A stretch of 64,000 bases of DNA from Marispirochaeta sp. Lineage in GTDB: Bacteria > Spirochaetota > Spirochaetia > JC444 > Marispirochaetaceae. Positions within the stretch are counted from its first letter, which is position 1. Each line of letters starts with the position of its first letter. The DNA is taken from assembly GCA_963667435.1 (NCBI GenBank), contig OY763414.1, positions 2,175,773-2,239,772 of the forward strand. The letters are read 5' to 3'. Of the stretch, positions 56,509 to 64,000 are shown piece by piece. Position numbers and translations under genes: made by a program. Below the pieces are notes generated by a model. The model ran no database searches. It was given only the letters and a program-made list of their open reading frames with translations, and was not told the DNA's origin.

Positions 56509-57135
56509 TCAGCCGGCAGATGCACTCTCTGCCAGGTCATAGAGCTTATCTTTATCCCGCAGTGTCATCAGGCTGCTCTCAGTCTTAACGATTCCCTGTT
56601 CAGCGAGATTCTCAATATATTTCAGCACCGCCTCCTGGGGAAGTTCCAGATTCAGACTTATTTCCCGGGAAAGCTTATGGTATTCCAGACGAGCCTGCTC
56701 AAAGCCGTTTTCAGCAAAGGCATAGTATATATTCAGAGCAATGAGCCCCTTCTTGTTCTGCTTAACCAGATGCTGTATCTGATTATTGGTGTGCTGCAGC
56801 CTCCGGCAGAGCTTGTCGATTACATTGAGGGCAATACGGGCATTCTTTTCTATCATCCCGAGAAAACCTTCACGGTTGAACGCAAGCAGGCGTACTGTGC
56901 CCACTGCGGTAGCTGTGGCAGTACGTTCCACCTGATTTACAATAGCCATCTCTCCAAAGAAATCGCCCTTCCCCAGTACGGCAAGAATATGCTCTTTCCC
57001 GCCGATCATTTTACTGATCCTTATGTTGCCCTCCTGGATAATATACATTTTATCCCCGGGCTCCCCTTCCTGAAAAAGAACCTTTCCCGAGTCCACCATA
57101 AGGCCGTATTTATCATAAAGTCTGTTATCTTCCAT
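56509..57135 (-). CDS. Crp/Fnr-family transcriptional regulator (cNMP-binding domain plus C-terminal HTH).
   Basis: The cNMP pocket GDFFGEMAI...R(T)A(T)A. 208 aa. Confidence 0.8.
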   Translation of the reverse strand: MEDNRLYDKYGLMVDSGKVLFQEGEPGDKMYIIQEGNIRISKMIGGKEHILAVLGKGDFFGEMAIVNQVERTATATAVGTVRLLAFNREGFLGMIEKNARIALNVIDKLCRRLQHTNNQIQHLVKQNKKGLIALNIYYAFAENGFEQARLEYHKLSREISLNLELPQEAVLKYIENLAEQGIVKTESSLMTLRDKDKLYDLAESASAG

Positions 57136-57228
57136 TAAGTATAGCTCCCGGCTAAATTTTCGGCAGAATGCTGAAGCAAATCCAGCTGTTTCACAGTACC
57201 AGAGTACATAAAACAGAAGGAGCTTTCA

Positions 57229-58266
57229 ATGACACAGTTACGTCTGCTTTTCATTATTCCACTGGTTCTACTCTGGTGCTGCTGCACTCCTCTTATCGAC
57301 CTGGCGGAAACAGGTGAGACCTTCGGGGTTACAGGAGCCGACCTCACCCCACCGGTTTTGGGACCCGCAGGTGCTGTTGATTCTTTTACATTCAGCCTCA
57401 GCTTCAATGAACCTCTCGGTGCATTTCATCTGGAAAATATCTCTCCCGGGATAGGAGATCCCCAGGTGGTCTTCGATGGAACAGAGGTAATGATTGAATC
57501 CTCTTCTGCCCAGATCCCCGGGACTGAATATTCTCTGGACATACGGGCAACTGATACCGCAGGGAATTCCCAGCAGCTGATAGTCCGCTGCTACGGCTAC
57601 AACGCTGATATCGCCGGCCTCCTGATTAACGAGTTTACCTGTCAGGGCAGCAGTACCCATCCGGACGTTTTAGAACTGAAGGTTACCGAAAGTGGCAACC
57701 TTGCCGGGATGGCTGTCCTGGAGGGCACCGACTCCAATTGGGATCAACGGATAATCCTGCCTGAATGTGCAGTTACCCCCGGAGATTTCATTCTGATCCA
57801 TTTTAAACCCCAGGGTATTCCCGAAGAAGTGGATGAAACTGGTGCAGTTGATATCTCCGGAGGGCTCGACAGTCATCCTGAGGCCAGGGATTTCTGGGTG
57901 CCCGAAGGGTGCGGGCTTTCTGGAAACAATGGAGTACTTACGGTCTATACAAACCCCTGCGGGGCTCTCATTGATGCTGTAGTATATTCCAACAGAACAT
58001 CAACATCAGATACAACCTACAGAGGATTCGGCAGCAGCAGTATGCTAAACAAAGTGGATACGGTGACAGAGGAAGGTGGATGGACCGGAGAAGAAGCAAT
58101 ACTCAGACCGGAGGATGCAGTTGATCCGGAAGATTCCACCGCCACCAGGTCAATCTGCAGGACCGCTGTTCCCACAGATACAGACAGCAGTGCCGACTGG
58201 CATATCGTTCCAACCAGTACTGCAAGTTTTGGAGAGATAAACAGTGATGAGGTATATATTCCCTGA
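57229..58266 (+). CDS. Secreted or lipoprotein with a lamin-tail-domain (LTD)-like segment.
   Basis: Signal peptide with Cys. LLINEFTCQG...DVLELKV...GNLAGMAVLEG resembles the LTD I/LNE...E(F/L)IEL...L.G..L pattern. Confidence 0.4.
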   Translation: MTQLRLLFIIPLVLLWCCCTPLIDLAETGETFGVTGADLTPPVLGPAGAVDSFTFSLSFNEPLGAFHLENISPGIGDPQVVFDGTEVMIESSSAQIPGTEYSLDIRATDTAGNSQQLIVRCYGYNADIAGLLINEFTCQGSSTHPDVLELKVTESGNLAGMAVLEGTDSNWDQRIILPECAVTPGDFILIHFKPQGIPEEVDETGAVDISGGLDSHPEARDFWVPEGCGLSGNNGVLTVYTNPCGALIDAVVYSNRTSTSDTTYRGFGSSSMLNKVDTVTEEGGWTGEEAILRPEDAVDPEDSTATRSICRTAVPTDTDSSADWHIVPTSTASFGEINSDEVYIP

Positions 58267-58271
58267 GGGTA

Positions 58272-58595
58272 TCAGAGATAGGGAGTAAAAAGATCCACGA
58301 TAGCCTGTTTCGAGCCTGCACCGACCTGCTGCTTAACAACTTCTCCGCCGTTGAAAACCATTAAAGTCGGGATGCTGATAATGTTATACTGCTGGGCAAG
58401 GTCACCGACTTCGTCTACGTTTACCTTGGCAACCTTCACCCTATCTGCATACTCGGTGGATATTTCTTCCAGGACCGGCGCAATCATACGGCAGGGAACA
58501 CACCATTCCGCCCAGAAATCTACAATTACAGGGATATCTGATTTGAGAACCTCCGACTCGAAATTAGCCGCAGTGATTGTTACTTCGTTGCTCAT
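58272..58595 (-). CDS. trxA: Thioredoxin.
   Basis: Active site WAEWCVPC in a 107-aa thioredoxin fold. Confidence 0.85.
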   Translation of the reverse strand: MSNEVTITAANFESEVLKSDIPVIVDFWAEWCVPCRMIAPVLEEISTEYADRVKVAKVNVDEVGDLAQQYNIISIPTLMVFNGGEVVKQQVGAGSKQAIVDLFTPYL

Positions 58596-58613
58596 GGTTC
58601 CTCCTGATAAGGA

Positions 58614-59396
58614 CTATTTCTGAATCTTGAAATCATTCAAGCGAAAATCATTGATAACAGTATGCACATATTGGATCATCTTTTCCAGATAATTACGGTC
58701 TTTCACGGAGAGAATCTCGTTACCATGCATCTTTTTTATTTCATCAAGCAGCTCATGGAGCAGATGCCCGGAATCTACCAGAAAACGCTGCTCTTCCCTT
58801 TCTATCTCACGCACATTGCGGGGAAAACGGTCGAACATACCAGCATAGATTGCCAACCGGGGAGAGACGCCACCCTTGGCATCACTCCAGAGATCAAAAA
58901 TACGGGATTCCAGGACCACCCGGGGACCGGAGTAGAGAGTAGGAGAGACTTCCCGCATGCAGCGTTCGACATCCGGCCAGTGAAGCCGTTCAAACTCGTT
59001 CATTGCACCAAAAAGCTTGATCAACTCGTATGATGCTTCAGGATGGATCTTTCGATCAGGATACCCGACAATCTTTTCTTTGTTCTGCAGAATGATACGG
59101 TCTGCAAAACTTTGAGCCGGCCTGGTATTCTTCGCTGCTGTGCGCTCAAGCGCTTTGTTGGTTTCCCTGCCGGCCCGGTCCTCCTCCTTTTTCCGTAGCT
59201 GCTGAATTGTCACCAGCTCAGCATGCAGGAAAGAAGCCATATCAAACCGGGCTTTGAGAGCACCTAAATAGCGGTCTTCAAAATCATTTTTTAATTTTCC
59301 CGACTTCATGAACTGTACAATGTAGTGGTCGTACTCCTTGAGAATACGGTCCCTGGCCTGTTCTATTTCATCAAAACTTAGTTTACTCTTCTTCAT
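58614..59396 (-). CDS. Uncharacterized 260-aa protein, encoded directly downstream of trpA (14-nt overlap) and possibly co-transcribed.
   Basis: Long ORF with no motif recognized. Confidence 0.45.
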   Translation of the reverse strand: MKKSKLSFDEIEQARDRILKEYDHYIVQFMKSGKLKNDFEDRYLGALKARFDMASFLHAELVTIQQLRKKEEDRAGRETNKALERTAAKNTRPAQSFADRIILQNKEKIVGYPDRKIHPEASYELIKLFGAMNEFERLHWPDVERCMREVSPTLYSGPRVVLESRIFDLWSDAKGGVSPRLAIYAGMFDRFPRNVREIEREEQRFLVDSGHLLHELLDEIKKMHGNEILSVKDRNYLEKMIQYVHTVINDFRLNDFKIQK

Positions 59397-60147
59397 TCTT
59401 ACATAACCGTCTGGTAAAGTCTCTTATCTCTTTATAGACTCTATCGGCATTACCATCAACGGTTTGAGCAATAAGATTCACCAGGGCGGATCCCACCACC
59501 GGCGCATGAACATGAGGACCAAGCTGGGCTATCTGTGCCTCCGTGCGGATTCCAAATCCTGCAAAAATCTCCATCCCTGTTTTCTTCAGATTCTCCAGAA
59601 ATGAAATAAGCTCCTCTGAGATTTCGGTCTGTCTGCCGGTTATTCCCTGACGCAGAGCTGTGTAAACCCATCTTTCACCAAGGGTTGCAATCTCCTTTAA
59701 ACGCAGCTCTGATATTGTCGGAACCACAACAGGGACAATGGGCATACCCAGGTTTTTTCCTGCTGCATACAGACCGTCATCACTACCGGCCACAAGATCC
59801 GGAACAATCAATCCCTGAACCCCTGCAGTCTTTGCCCGCTGAATAAAGGTCTCAATGCCAATTGCAACAACAGGATTGGCATAGGTCATGATAAACACCG
59901 GAACATCAGACAGAGCAGCAATCTTCCCGGCCAGTTCAAAGCCACCGTTCAGGGTAAACCCTGCTTCCAGAGCTTCACTGCAGGCGGCCTGTATAACAGG
60001 TCCGTCAGCGGTAGGATCAGAAAAGGGGAACTGCAGCTCAATATAGGAGGCTCCCCCGTCAATAAGACCTTTCGCAACCGAAAGACTTACCTCGCCATTC
60101 GGATACCAGGCAATCATGTGGGTCATTACTCTGTGCTTACTCATTTC
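59383..60147 (-). CDS. trpA: Tryptophan synthase alpha subunit.
   Basis: YIELQFPFSDPTADGPVIQ and the C-terminal GFGI region. GGAGG RBS before ATG 60147; the ORF track starts at 60165. Confidence 0.85.
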   Translation of the reverse strand, partial: EMSKHRVMTHMIAWYPNGEVSLSVAKGLIDGGASYIELQFPFSDPTADGPVIQAACSEALEAGFTLNGGFELAGKIAALSDVPVFIMTYANPVVAIGIETFIQRAKTAGVQGLIVPDLVAGSDDGLYAAGKNLGMPIVPVVVPTISELRLKEIATLGERWVYTALRQGITGRQTEISEELISFLENLKKTGMEIFAGFGIRTEAQIAQLGPHVHAPVVGSALVNLIAQTVDGNADRVYKEIRDFTRRLCKNEEE

Positions 60148-61360
60148 CTTCCGCCTCCCGGGCAAGAAATTCTCTCCATTTATCTCCGTCCAGAGCCTGG
60201 GCCGAAATAAACAGATCCTTGTCTCCCCGGCCGGACATATTCACAATTACCGCCTTATCCGGCGATAGATTTGCAGCCTGCTTCATAACCTCCGCTCCTG
60301 CATGGGCAGACTCGAGAGCAAAGATCACCCCTTCAGTTCTGGCGAAACGCCTTACAGCATTTAGAGCGTCGCTGTCCGTAGCAGATGTAAATTCTACTCT
60401 TCCGCTTTGCCCCAGATAGGCCAGCTCCGGCCCTATACCCGGGTAATCGAGACCGGCGGATATTGAATGGGTGTGCAGAACCTGACCGTCTGAATCCGTC
60501 AGGAAAAGACTTTTGTACCCCTGGATAATTCCCTCTCTTGAACCGGTGCCGTTCATTCTTGCTGCATGCTCTCCACTTTCAAGCCCTCGGCCGCCCGCTT
60601 CGACCCCAACCAGTCTGGGGTGATCTTTTTCAATAAAAGGAGCAAAAAAACCAATAGAGTTTGACCCCCCCCCTACACAGGCAACAAGGGCATCCACATC
60701 AAGATCCCGTTCTGCAATCTGCTGTTCCGTCTCTTTCCCGATAATCGACTGAAACTCTTTAACTATTTGCGGGTAGGGATGAGGACCAAGTGCACTGCCG
60801 ATCAGGTAATGGGTATCCTGAAAGTTTTCCGCCCAGTCCCGCAGTGCCTCATTTACCGCATCTTTCAGTGTTCTGGACCCGGATGAAACAGGGACAACCT
60901 TTGCACCAAACAACTCCATCCAGAAAACATTCGGCCGCTGCCTGCGGATATCCACCTCCCCCATGTAGACGGTACAGTCAAAGCCTAGTTTGGCGCATAC
61001 CGCCGCGGTTGCCACTCCGTGCTGTCCGGCTCCTGTTTCGGCAATAATCCTTGTTTTCCCCATTCTCCGGGTAAGCAGCGCCTGTCCGAGGGCATTATTG
61101 ATCTTATGAGCTCCGGTATGTGCCAGGCCCTCCATCTTCACATAAATCTGTGCCCCGCCAATCTCCCTGCTGAGGTTGGCCGCATGCATCATAGGTGTTG
61201 GGCGGCCGACAAACTCTGCAGCGTAGCGGTCAAACTCTTCCCTAAACCCGGGATCACCCTTCCAGCGGTTGAATGCTTCTTCAAGTTCTTCCACAGGACG
61301 TTTGAGCACTTCTGCAACATAGCGCCCGCCGAAGCCTCCGTAATATCCTTTTTCCGACAT
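60137..61360 (-). CDS. trpB: Tryptophan synthase beta subunit.
   Basis: GGFGGRYV N-terminus, HTGAHKINN with the PLP lysine, and GGGSNAIG-like GGGSNSIG. Confidence 0.9.
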   Translation of the reverse strand: MSEKGYYGGFGGRYVAEVLKRPVEELEEAFNRWKGDPGFREEFDRYAAEFVGRPTPMMHAANLSREIGGAQIYVKMEGLAHTGAHKINNALGQALLTRRMGKTRIIAETGAGQHGVATAAVCAKLGFDCTVYMGEVDIRRQRPNVFWMELFGAKVVPVSSGSRTLKDAVNEALRDWAENFQDTHYLIGSALGPHPYPQIVKEFQSIIGKETEQQIAERDLDVDALVACVGGGSNSIGFFAPFIEKDHPRLVGVEAGGRGLESGEHAARMNGTGSREGIIQGYKSLFLTDSDGQVLHTHSISAGLDYPGIGPELAYLGQSGRVEFTSATDSDALNAVRRFARTEGVIFALESAHAGAEVMKQAANLSPDKAVIVNMSGRGDKDLFISAQALDGDKWREFLAREAEGNE

Positions 61361-61372
61361 ATTAATACTCCG

Positions 61373-64000
<2,628 letters not shown>

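Overview
Dense, mostly chromosomal-looking window of about 52% GC, probably from a spirochete; this is an inference from SlyX, HDOD proteins, a TroA/Znu-type metal ABC system, a TIGR03545/03546-like pair and chemoreceptors. I support about 60 protein genes and found no rRNA, tRNA, CRISPR array, IS element or prophage. Housekeeping and metabolic blocks: thyX; slyD/slyX; an Rrf2-cysK-metY sulfur amino-acid operon; a phnDCE phosphonate/phosphite ABC transporter; a pterin cluster (SDR-folB-folK-folE); a Zn/Mn ABC transporter preceded by a DUF1893 gene; queG; hom; glgP; rpiB; glmS; trxA; and a trp operon (trpGD-trpCF-trpB-trpA) that runs off the right edge. Signalling content is high: two HDOD proteins; an MBL-fold hydrolase; an 840-aa protein with a degenerate GGDEF-like C-terminus; a histidine kinase; a Crp/Fnr regulator; a chemoreceptor with two tandem CZB zinc-binding motifs that appear periplasmic; and a soluble divergent MCP-like protein. 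The most system-like unit is a GntR-controlled operon at 31052-37605 (SPFH protein, MacB/LolD-type ATPase, two FtsX/LolC/E-like permeases, a LolA-like periplasmic protein and a beta-barrel-like outer-membrane protein). I read it as a complete trans-envelope export route for a hydrophobic cargo, with a GT-N-AC operator palindrome on its promoter. Other noteworthy items are a perfect 12-bp inverted repeat that contains the start codon of the gene heading the metal ABC operon, a leaderless promoter, several uncharacterized large proteins, and an orphan substrate-binding protein plus ATPase. All functional calls rest on motif recognition by eye; no database search was possible.
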